DNA of 64,000 nucleotides from Lama guanicoe (Eukaryota): contig MU055522.1 in NCBI GenBank assembly GCA_013239625.1, positions 1,116,001 through 1,180,000 on the forward strand, given 5' to 3'. Shown piece by piece: positions 26,651 through 38,420 of the stretch. The translations under genes and the position numbers were made by a program. Under the pieces are notes generated by a model that saw only the letters and a list, made by a program, of their open reading frames with translations, had not been told where the DNA came from and did not search any database. How positions within the stretch are numbered: the stretch's first letter is position 1; the number at the start of each line of letters is the position of its first letter.

Positions 26651-28883
26651 AACAAATTACTAAATACACGAATTTATTAATTAATTAATTTTAAAAGGTC
26701 GTATCTGTATTTTCAGGTACACGGATGGTTCCTAGGTGGATGTTCAGTTGATTTTATTGACTCCGATGTTCATGTTCTCCCACAGCAACCAGATGAAGAA
26801 TTAGGTCTCGGCACGTTTGGTGCGCAGGTGGGCATTTCAAAGAACGTGAATCCCAACTGAGACGAACAGCCAGTGTAGAAAAGAGCGCTTCACAGCCTAC
26901 TCCCCGGCCCGCCCTCAGTGAGATCCCTGAGTTGGGGCACCTGACGGGCAGGTTGCCAAGCTGAGGACCCAGCCTGCCGCCCAAGAACACAGCAGCCTGC
27001 GAACCCAGAGCCCGGGGCAAGGAGATCCGGAGGCTTTGAAGCTCCAGCTGCAGTTTTCATTCCTTGTAATCCTGACTCTCTCTGTCACCTCTGCATTCAA
27101 AAATCTCTCTTCCTGTGCCACTGCAAATGAGAAAATAAGCTTAGAGCTCCAACAAAACTATATTGGAACCACATTCCAGGCTTTCCTTGCAGAAGGTGGC
27201 TCATTATTATTGCACCACATTTTCTGTGTAAGAGCTTCGCTGTTCACAGGGATGTCTCGCTGACTCAGCAGGCAAGTGTCCACAGACGTCGCCTCTGCCT
27301 TGAAGTGGAAATGCTCAGATGGGCTAAGTCGTGTTTGGGGGCAGTTATATGACAGTGAAGCTGTGAGGGAGGGATGTTATCCTGTTTCTCATTTCAGCTC
27401 AAAGGCCACATTTCCACTGGCTTCCCAGGAAGCAGGCAGTTTACCCACGGCAGTGAACCAACTCTGGCAGCCCCCAAGCCCAGGGGATTCCTGCAGACAA
27501 CATCAAACAGGACAAGCAGAGCGAAAAAACTAGGGTGAAACTGAATGTATCTAGGGGAGGAAAAACCCTAACCAGGATCAGAGGTTTCATGAAAATTGTA
27601 AATAATGTAAATATGACTGGTTTCAGGAGTTTAATAAAATATGTACAAACCTGAGACAGATTTTTGAAAAATCAGGCTAAGCTTAGCTGGTAAAACTCAG
27701 TTTTGGTCTCCCCAACAGGCATCTCGTGATTATTATTTAAAAATCAAAGATGAGGAGGCAATAAGAAGTGTTTGATAAAGTGAAGACAGGGTTAGTCAGG
27801 GTCAACAGCAGACAGAGGGGGAGGGGGTGGGGGAAATTCACATCGGGCAGCGAACACAGAGCTGAGTGATGTCCAGCAGGTCGGGGGGGAGGGCAGTAAC
27901 AGGGCAACGAGGTCTTAAATCACATTTGCTGAGAAGCCCAGACCTGTGAGGGGCAGCTGCTGTGGCAACAAGGTCATTTCTAAACCCAAACAATCTGCCC
28001 CAGTGAACCAGCCTCAACCCCTTACCCTCAGACCTTCCTGTCCCAAGGACGGATGCTGAAAATCCCTCTAACACAATGTGGTCTGGGATTACCCACTAGT
28101 AATACAATCCAAAATGCCTCTAGGGTAGCACTATGCAAAGCTCACATTCAAACAAAATTAAGTATATCATATTTAAAGTTTTTGTACGAGGCAAAAACCT
28201 GGGAAACTGAAAGTCAGTAAAGGATGAGAGAAAGACGTAAATGGTCTCATACACAGGAAGTCTGAATTTATGGGAGTTTGTTTATTTTTGGAAATGTATC
28301 TAACTCAGTCTGCCAAGAAAAAAGAGCAAGGGTTTTTATTTCATCCCTGAGTACCTACTATGTGCACATTTAGTGAGTACCTACTATGTGCCAGGTCTCC
28401 TGCTAAAGCCCTGGGCATGCACTGACAGACAGGAAGGGGACATTCCCCCACCTAGTGCGGGAGACACCTCAGCACGTAGTGCCGGAGCTGCTCAGGGCCG
28501 TGGAGGCCCGTGGATGACGCGCCCTGAGAGCGCGCAGGATGTGATTCCTCCCAGGAGTCACCTGGGGGTCTGCCTCCATCTCCTTCTCCTCAAACTGCTC
28601 CCCTCTGGTTCCCACCACCCCCCATTTCACAGTCCAGTAAAAATGAATAGAGTCAAATAAGACACAAGCCCTTGAGATGGTCTCCAACACTCATCCTTGT
28701 TCTTCAAGATCCTGGTCAAAGGCTACTTCCTGGGAGGGGCCTCCCTCAGCTTCCCCGCAGGGAGCTAAGTGGCACCTGTGGGCTGAGCCCGGGGTTCTCT
28801 GGGTGCGGGATGTGTTTTCAGCAGAGGGTCTCAGTACGGAGTCAACGCTCAGCTGCGCTCAAAAACTGTGCTAAATCAGAACC

Positions 28884-30016
28884 GGGACAGCTGACAACCA
28901 GTTTAGTCCTTATTTCAGTCTACTAGTGTGCCTCCTCGTCATCCCTCAGGGATATTCTTCACAGCACTGTCACTCTTTTACTACTTACTTCTTTATCTTC
29001 TGAGACTATGGACATGCGAAAACATCCAGTAGTGCTTTCCCCTTTCTCCAAAATACTATCAACAGTCTTATTGATGATTGTTCATCCAACAACCACCAGG
29101 TGAACATTCTTTGCTGCATCAATGGCAAGGGTCCCCATCTCTCCTCAGAAAGTACTGACAAGTGTATGCCTCCACCAACACCCCCAGAGTTCCTCCCCTC
29201 AGCACCCCTTTCTGCCATCATTGTTCTCCGACCCACCTCTTCTCTATCTGAGAAGCAATTAGACAGACATGACAACAATGATCATCTTAGCGAATATTTT
29301 CCACACAGAGACCAGACTACTTAATGATTCCAATTCTCATCATTTAAGCCTATAACGATGCTTTATGACCTGAGGTTTATAGGTCTCATCAGCTCATTGA
29401 CTCAGAGGTAGCAGCTTCTTCCCAGACACAATCCTTCCATCCTTAGAGACAGAGGAGCAGGCTGTAATCAGCGTAGAGAAGCGTGTTCTGAGTATCTCAA
29501 AACTTGCTCATGTTGAAAGACAAAATTCAGTACTTCTCCTCCCGTCTCTACCCGCCCTGATCGCCCATGCAGAGCAACACCCCTTTCCCTCCGCTCTTGA
29601 GCTAAGCAGTCTTCACAGAGAAAGAAGCACCAAATACAGACCAACACAGGGCAGGAAGGAATTGTCCTAGCAAGCCTTGAATGGCGTTTCAGTCTGCATA
29701 GACGTGATTCCAAAAGGCAATGAATACAGTCGTGACACTGTAATCCCCAGGAATCTACCAAAATGCCCAGGACATAGAAAGTGTTCATTCCATGGTTGTT
29801 GACTGGATGAATGCCAATCAGATAGGTTACTGATAGTACCTTGGAGAAAGGGAAAGATATTGCTGAATGTTTCCTCATATCCATCGTCTCCAAAAATAAG
29901 TAACGAAAGAGTGACAGCACTGTGGTGAATGGTAGAGAATATCACAGAGGAATGATGGTGAGAAGCAAACTGTAGCATGAGATAAGGACTGAATTAGTTG
30001 TCAACTCAGCTGTTCC
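28884..30016. repeat. Diverged inverted duplication: arms ~28884-29110 and ~29776-30016, spacer ~665 bp
   Basis: 29002-29061 vs the reverse complement of 29831-29890 match at 47/60 positions without gaps; similarity continues with indels on both sides. Confidence 0.9.
29690..29820 (+). mobile_element. L2 3' terminus
   Basis: ctgtaatccccaggaatctaccaaaatgcccaggacatagaaagtgttcattccatggttgttgactggatgaatg resembles the L2 tail. Confidence 0.6.
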
Positions 30017-30019
30017 AAT

Positions 30020-30140
30020 GCTCATTAACTCTGTCGATGTCACTAACGCATCTAGCCCCAGTTTCCTCATCTGTTTTAAGGGTATTGCAATGATTGGAGT
30101 TCTGGGGTCTTGAAGGTCCTTTAAACCCTGAAATGCAATG
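30020..30140 (+). mobile_element. MIR3/MIRc fragment
   Basis: ccccagtttcctcatctgt...gaaggtcctttaaaccctgaaatgcaatg. Confidence 0.6.
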
Positions 30141-31929
30141 CTTCTTCTCCCTCCTGAATATCAGCATGGCATGGCTTTTGTACATTAAGAGGCTGAACGA
30201 TTTCTTCAAATGAACTTTAATGGGAAACCATTGTGTAAAAAATAAAAGCCAACATTGTTGAGTTTTCAGAGGAGGTCCTCATCAGAAAGGGGGAGGGAAG
30301 CCCTTCTTTCCACACTCTAAGAAATTGAGGAACAAGTTGAAGAAAAACAATCAAATATGAAGGTAAAAACAGAGTTGAAGGGAGGGGCTGTAACTGTAAG
30401 TGCCCAACAGACTTGCTAATACTGTTCGTCCAGACCTCAAGTCATGGTGAGGCGGGCATGAACAGGTGTTCTATATTTTCTTTGAAATTCTGATGTGGTC
30501 TTTGATTAAAAAATAAAATAAAAATAACATATAGAATCTTGGGAAGCCGTGTCTCCTAAACAGCCTGTAAAGCTCACAGTTTCACAACAATCAACCACAA
30601 TGCAGGTGCCCTCGTGACGAATCATCATTTTTCTCCAGAGAGAATGCATTCTATGATCTAGTGGGAAAAAATGATGGTGTGACATTTCATGATGGGTGGG
30701 AAAGCTCCCTATTATTTTTAGAAATTTTCCATGTTTTTGGATTGAAGATAAAAAATTATATTTCACCTTAGAGATGGTTCAACAATATCCACAGAATTCA
30801 AAAAATTGTTAGTGTTTATTTCTGGTCATAAAAGTGATACAAAATCGAACTCTGCATATTAGGATGTCTGCGATAACTGAACATTTTCCTTGACATATGC
30901 AGTAATACATAATTTCAAAAATTTTTACATTTGTCGGAGTCAAACAGTGGTAATATTCTATTAAGTGTTAATTTTGCCTCAGATGGTATCATTTGTGTCT
31001 CCAAGAAAACCCAGATAACTGAGGAGGGAAGTAAACACCTTTCTTTTTGTGCATGAAAGAAATTATCACCATCATCATCATATATTAAGAATCCGTCTTC
31101 ACTGATCAGCCACTGGTCTGAATGGCATACTCCTGACACACTGGAGTGGATTATCTCTAACTTCTTGCATTAACCTGTTTGAGGAAGAGTGCAGAAACGT
31201 TTTGTTTTAAATAGCTCATTGTGGCAAGTCTGGAATCTTTTCAAAACTGGGCTGCCCGACTGCAAATTCAAATAATATGGTTGAGAGACTCGACCCCATT
31301 AAGCTTTTGAATTCCTCCATTGAATAAAGAATTTTATGCCAACAGGATATGATTAACCATTTACTAATTTTATAACCATAAAGTGACTCACATGAGGCTG
31401 AGAGTAAGAATCTTGACAGAAGAAAGCACAGTGTGGTTGATGGACGTAATGACAGGACATTTACTGATAAAACTGATAAGCCACTGGCCACACATGGTCA
31501 TGATTCTGAGTCATTGCTTAGGTACCTGGAATCTACCTTGAGAGTTAATATTTTCAGAAGTCTAAGCTTATGATGTATATTACATAAACAATAATAAAAT
31601 AAGTGACTTCTTCCTTGTGATTGATAGGAAAACAGAAGAATGTAAATTAAACTTAAAAACAGGATCTAAATATTCACTGCTATGATGAATTATAATGTCT
31701 GCTGTGCCCCCCTTGAAATTAACCATGGCCTTAAAACTGCAAGAAATGTATTGAGAAGCAAAGACCATTATTTCATAAAATGTGGGTAGATTAAAATAAA
31801 AGAAGTAAACTTGGTAGTGGACATAGAAAATACCTAATCTGAATTTTATTATGCTAATTTAATTGCTGGTTTACAAAGTTGATAGACCCCTCCTCTCTGT
31901 CCTGCCTCCAGCGTCCACCTCAAAGGCCT

Positions 31930-32409
31930 GACGGAACAGGAAAGCAGAAGTCTGACTCCACGTTGATCTGTTTCTGTAACTTTTATATTCTGTTGCTTTT
32001 GCTACAAGTTCATCCCTTAGGGGATGGTGCCCATAAGCTTAAATGATACATACGGCCGTCTCTGGGAACCCCGCCTCCCAGGTAATGAGTGTTAAACTGA
32101 AATGCCTTTGTTTAGCTCCTGGGAAACAACCTGATCAGACCATCCTGTGAATGACCAGGAAGGCAGAAATTAGCACCTCCCCTCTGGAGGCTGATGGGAA
32201 ACAGGAACTGTTTGACTGTACTCCCTCCCCTATTAGTATAAAAGAAGCCTGAATTCTAACCCAGGCAAGAGGCTTCTTTGGGACACTAGTCTACCATCTT
32301 CTTGATCTGCTCTGGCTTTCCAAATAAAGTTGTTATTCCCTCCTCCAACTCATCTCTCAATTTACTGGCCTGTCCGGCAGTGAGCACTATGCGCCTGGAC
32401 TCAGTAACA
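31930..32409 (+). mobile_element. ERV1-class solo LTR (MER41-like), 5' end uncertain
   Basis: TG...CA termini (ends CAGTAACA), gactccacgttga near the 5' end, TATAAAA at 32237, AATAAA at 32323; no clean TSD seen. Confidence 0.75.
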
Positions 32410-32551
32410 CAGGTACAGAGAAGGCTTTCAACAGGCCACTCAAATGAATGAATATATGAACAAGTGATTCAAGATCTTAATTACTTTGAAACCAGAAGTA
32501 TAAATGTGGCAGTCACACCCATGGGCTCCCAGTGGGAGAGACGGCCAGTAA

Positions 32552-32579
32552 GTGTGTGTGTGTGTGTGTGTGTGTGTGT
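32552..32579. repeat. (GT)14 microsatellite
   Basis: Direct reading. Confidence 0.95.
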
Positions 32580-35403
32580 CTCCATGCGTGTGTGGTCGGC
32601 AGGGAGGGGAAACAGCAGAGACCAAGGACAACATCTTAGAAAACAACCACCTTCTGAGTAAGGGAGGAGGAAGTGGAAACAGTGATGGAAAAAGTGAAGT
32701 TTAGGGAGAAGGACGCTGTTCAGAAGTGTTAAACCTGCAGAATTAAAAGGCGGTGAGAACTAAAGGAAGTGTCTGGGACACTCAAAGCCGTTTCAGAAGA
32801 GTACTGGGAACAGACATTCGGCTGCCAAGAGCATAAATGGTGGGGGATGAGGTGGTTCTAGAAGCCGTGAGCGGGGAGGAAGGACTACAGACGAGGCCTT
32901 GACGGGATGGATGAGGCGGGCGTCAGTCGGAGGCAGGCGGTCTCAGTAAGGAAAGCAGGAAGAGAGAAGCAGGCTGACCCTGCGAGCAGGTGGACTGGCC
33001 AGCTGCCGGCTTTCCAGTTAGTCTCCCAGACTGTGTCCCCGCAGCGCCGGCCTCCTCGGGAAAGCCGCCTCCTTCTGCAGCACCCTGCTCACCCAGGGCC
33101 GTGCCAACGGCTGGCACGTGCTGGGCAAAGGAAAGCCCCGGGTGATCGGGGGCTGAGGGAACAGAGATTCCCAGCTGAAAGAAGGGAGAACCCATCTTTT
33201 TTCAAAACTGGAGTAATAGAAAAGATGACACACATCCATTTCATAAACTTTAAAATGTCATCTTTTTAAAAGTTGTAAAATGATCTCCCATTTGTTTTCC
33301 ATAAGAAGGAAGAATAAAAATCACAAGAATAAAACACATAAAAGTAACATATCCAAATATAAGCCAGGGCTTTTGTCACATAGGGTCAATGTCAACGAAG
33401 GAGTCCGCCAACCATAAGTAATTTTAAAAATCAAATCATTCCTTGAGCTTCGTGAAGAACGTAAAAAGAGATCCAAAGTACAATCTGCGGCAACGCTTTA
33501 GGGCCGCCTGCCTCTCACCTCTGCCTCTCAGCCGTCTTGAAGGGCTTTGCTCAGTTTTGCTCCCTGACCCCCATCCCCTGCTCTCCACCACCTCACCCTC
33601 CAGCTCCCCCAGAGCCCTCTCCAAACCCTGTGCTCACCTCCTCCTTCCTCACGCCCACCACAGCCTCCCCCTTCTCCACAGTCTGCATCAAGAGAGCCCA
33701 GGAATATTCCAGAAGACATTTATCCTTTGCACACAAAGGAAGGGGTGAGCCAAAGCGATCTCCCCCTTTGGCTACATATGCAAGAGTGGATGACATCATA
33801 TGATGTTCAGCACTTCCATTCAGTGTCAGTTAACTCCTCCCTTTGAGAAATAATGCCAAGTTGAGGAGGAATTTTGAGCTACCCATAAATCCTTCACCTG
33901 GCTCAAATGGTTCCGGAAACAACACATCCATTTAATATCTCCTGCTTGTATGCATTCCTTAGTGTCTGTCTCAGTAAAAGAAAAAAAAATATATATATAT
34001 GTATGTATTTTTTAAGGAGGGAAAGAGGATGACAAATAAATTTGATGAATGGAAAAGAAACACATAATTAATGAGAATAAAAAAGAATTAGATAACTCTA
34101 TGTCCTTGGCTAAGTTGTGCAGGGGTGTGTGTGTGTGTGTCTGTACAGCTAATAAGTGAATACCCTATCTTTTCACTTGGATTAGGAAATACAAACCCTC
34201 CTCTATTTCACTAAATTAGCTCCTAGTGATCATATGTCTTCCTTTTCCCCTAAAAATTCAACCTTGAAAAACAGAAATTTCACATGGATAAATCCATTAT
34301 GCAACTTTCATTAACTTCATAAAGATATAAAATGACCCAAGCAAAAGACATATTTTTAGTGACAGCTAAATTAATATTTTAAACTGAACTGAAGAATTCA
34401 GAACATTTCAAATCATATAAAATGCCTGTTTTATAGGACTAAAACCAATGAAACCCCTAACTCAAGAGGGCAGAGAATTATGAATATTAACAAAAGTACA
34501 CCCTCCTCTTTCAAACAGTATAAGCCTAGACCTTAGATGGAGACATTTGAACTCACCACCATAAAACATATTTTGCATGGCAAAGTTACATTTTCCATAA
34601 TAAAGAGCAGTGAAATTTTTTTAATGGTCCTTACATGAGCTCAGGCTTTCAAGATATCCCATCTAAGGAGAGACCACACAGGAATAACATGGTGCACTGG
34701 GTCCATTTTGCTTAAGTGATGTTCCAACTGTAGACAAATCTTCCGGAGAAATACAGAGTTCTCAATATCCAGCACACAAAGAGTCTTAGGACATGATTAT
34801 AACTTCCTTATCTCGTCTCAAATCAAGTGAAATGATTTTCAGGTAATATGAGATCCAAAATCAATACAAAGATGTAAGGGGATCTACTGGCCTAAACTGT
34901 AAACGGGAAAAAGTCCTGGGCAAATAAAGAAGAAAGCAAAGTGAATATTCTTGGAGGTTGGGGGGAGGTCTTTTATTTGCTGGTCTTTTGTTTTTCTGTG
35001 ACTCTCCTTCCTCAACAAACTTCTTCCAAACCCCCGCTGGGGCGACTGTTTTCCTTCCACCCAGGCCGTCACCACCTGGGTCTCCCTGGGAAAAGACGGT
35101 CTTCTCAATAACACCTTCTATTCCAAATCTTTCCCATTTTTTTTGCCGATCCAAATTTGCTATTGTCTCGGGCTTTATTTTTGCCCATTAAATACGTACT
35201 TCTGAGAGTAATCTGGAGCGTGCTTCTCCTCTGGACGGTGCTGGTCCAGCAGGACGATGTATTTAACAGAGGAAAACATGATGGCTTCGGATGCAATAGA
35301 AGATGCTGTGAGTGAGTGTGGGTGTATCTGGTGAGAAGACAGTGACTGTGAGTGCAGCCTGGACTACAAAATGTCCCTGGAGCCGTGGACGAGGACTCTT
35401 GAA

Positions 35404-35780
35404 AAATCACTTATATCTGGAATCTAAAAAGAAAGGAAAGAAAAGGAAAGAAAAGGAAGAAAGAAAGAAAACACAAATGGACTCTTTTACAAAACAGAGA
35501 CAGACTCATAGGCATAGAAAACCGACTCATGGTTACCGGGGGAAAAGGGGTGGGGGGGTAAATTGAGAGTTTGGGACTTGCAGATACAAACTACTATGTA
35601 TAAAATAGATAAATAACAAGGTCCTACTGTACAGCACAGGGAGCCACATTCACTATCTTATAATAACCTATAATAAAAAGAATATGAAAAAGAATATACG
35701 TGTATAACTGAATCACTATGCTGTACACCAGAAATTAACGCACCTTTGTAAACCAACTACACTTCAATTAAAAAAAGGAA
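35404..35780 (+). mobile_element. 5'-truncated L1 3' UTR
   Basis: atcacttatatctggaatctaaaaa...aaacagagacagactcatagg...ctgtacaccagaaattaac...ctacacttcaattaaaaaaa. Confidence 0.92.
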
Positions 35781-37719
35781 AGAAATTCAAGTAAAACTCT
35801 TTGAAGACGTCGAGAAACCTAACAGTCATGATTCCGCACAGCCAATTACAGTCAAAGACATTCTGTCCAGCTGTTGGGCTGTCGTGTCAATACCCGAACG
35901 ACTCATTTGAAACTTTCAATGTAACCATTGGAAAGAGTGGGCCCACTCCTTGGAGGAAGGATCGATCTATGCAGGCAAGAAAAAGGTTTTGAAAGGTTTG
36001 ATTAAAAATCAAAGTTTTTAACAGAGAGGTACATGGAGTGACAGTAACACCCACAGGTCTGGCATTCATTAAAGATTTTCACTCAGTATTTTTTTTTTCC
36101 CCAGGAGCATGTTGTTGAGAGAGAAGAAAACACAGAGACTAATGACTCTGGCACAAGACTTCTTGTTTATTGATTACCACCAGGACTGGATTTTCGGACG
36201 TGAGTCCTGGTAGACATTCAGACTGCCAAAAATGAAACCATGCATCATACGTTGAGCAAAAAATGCTGTCAAATTACAAAGGCAATAAATTTGCACTCAG
36301 TAAAACTGAAGGGCTTTTTTTGTACAGTACACTTTGTGCAGTGAGATGACTACTGGGGTAGGAATAAAACATAAGAGTCCTTTCCACACAGGGACTCATC
36401 GCTGTATACAAGTTATCAAAAAACGCCTGGGACAACACTCAGAGTGAAACGTGGACTGAATTTACTATGGGGGACAGGAAAACAAGTTGCCACATCAGGC
36501 GAAATGTTCTTGCAAATATAATCCCCTCTACAACTGGAGTTTTGGGGTCCTTACCAGAAGGAAGCAAAGCTACATTAACTGTGATTAAAACAGACCACGA
36601 GTCACGCTGTCCGTCTTGTTCCTAATCCCTCCTGAGCGAGGTGGGCTGTGAAGGAGGCAGGTGAGAAGTGAGGAGGCAGGATGTGGGGACAGCTGGGGAC
36701 CAGCTGAAATCAAAGGGCAGCCTGGAGACCAGTAGGGGGTAGACAGGGGACCTGGTCAATGTCGAGCAGCGCTGGTTTTTTCTGCCCTGGGAAAGAGAAG
36801 GAAACAGCTGTGCTTTGAGCCGGGTCTCTGTTTAAACCCCAGGACCGGCCATAGCTCATTTGTTCCCTAATGAAATCCAGAGTGGACACTTTTATATTGA
36901 GCGTTCTCTATAATCTCCTGTCCAGCAAATGAAAGTCCACATCAACATCTGGCCCTGCCGAGAAGTCCAATACATCACTTAGAAAAACGCAGGGATACTG
37001 TGAAGATTGATTCAGCCAGGAAGAGACTGCTTTAAAATCTCTCCCGAGTTTAAGCTACAGCTTTATTTAGAATAGTCCTCCTAACACGCAGAAAGGAGGA
37101 CTTTTATTCCTCTGGGATGATCCCCAGTTTTTTTGTATTAGTCACGTGGACTCGGCAGGCAGAACAGCACTTCTCCAAGGGTTTTAGTTTTATTAAGTGT
37201 GTGCCTCGCGAACACTCCGTTTAGGTTGTTGGCTCACTGTCTGTCGGCTGCGGCTGCGGGAGCTGCTTGATTTGCTTTGGAGCCCCAGAGACCGGGGCAG
37301 GACGTGCCTTCTGGCGAACCCTGGGACAATCAGGCCGCTCTCAGTATTCGTTTCCTCGCAGATCTGCAGGTCGGGTGTCTGGGTCGGCTGGTGTCTCTGC
37401 TCCGGGTCTCACAGGCCCGAAGTCTAAGGGTTGGTCCACTGGGCTCCCGTCTGAAGGCCCTGGAGAAGAATCTCCTGCTGCGTCAGTCCAGGTGTTGGCA
37501 GAAACCAGGCCCTTGCGGTTGTAGGACTGAGGTCCCTGCTTCCTTGCTGACTGCCAGCTGGGCCTGCAGTTAGCTTCCAGAGGCCTTTCCCCGGTCCTCA
37601 CCTGTGGCCCCTAAGCTCAGAGCCAGTAGCAGTACCTCGGGTTCTTTTCACTCATAGCATCTCCATGACTCCCCCTTCAGCTGCATCCCTCACTTCCAGC
37701 TCCTGAGCTCTCTTCTTCT

Positions 37720-38420
37720 TCTTTTTAATTGAAATATTGTTGATCTACAAGGTTGTGTTAGTTTCAGGTCTACAGCACAGTGATTCATTTATACATATAT
37801 ATAAAAATTCTTCTTCAGATTCTTTTCCATTATAGGTTATTATAAGTTATTGGATATAATTCCCTGTGCTATACAGTAGGTCCTTCTTGTTTGTCTATTT
37901 TTTCATATATAGTAGTGTGTATCTGATAATCCCAAACTCCTAATTTATCCCTCCCCCACCTTTCCCCTTTGGTAACTATAAGTTTGTTTTCTGTCTGTGA
38001 GTGTTTCTGTTTTGTAAATAAGTGATTTGTATCATTTCACACATACAGTATTTTTCTTCCTCTGACTTACTTCATANNNNNNNNNNNNNNNNNNNNNNNN
38101 NNNNNNNNNNNNNNNNNNNNNNNNNNNNNNNNNNNNNNNNNNNNNNNNNNNNNNNNNNNNNNNNNNNNNNNNNNNNNNNNNNNNNNNNNNNNNNNNNNNN
38201 NNNNNNNNNNNNNNNNNNNNNNNNNNNNNNNNNNNNNNNNNNNNNNNNNNNNNNNNNNNNNNNNGTTTTCAAATTAGAATTTTCTCTGGATATATGCCCA
38301 GGAGTGGGATTGATGGATCATATGGTAATTCTACATTTAGGTTTTTAAGGAACCTCCACACTGTTCTCCACAGTGGCTGCACCAAATTAAATCCCCACCA
38401 ATATTGTAGAAGAGTTCCTT
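37720..38420 (-). mobile_element. 5'-truncated L1 nested in the MaLR LTR
   Basis: tttaattgaaatattgttgatctacaa...ggatatatgcccaggagtgggatt...ggaacctccacactgttctccacagtggctgcacc. Confidence 0.92.
38077..38264. other. Assembly gap (188 N) inside L1
   Basis: Run of N; the length is close to the ~200 bp equivalent segment of the L1 copy at 53.6-54.4 kb. Confidence 1.
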
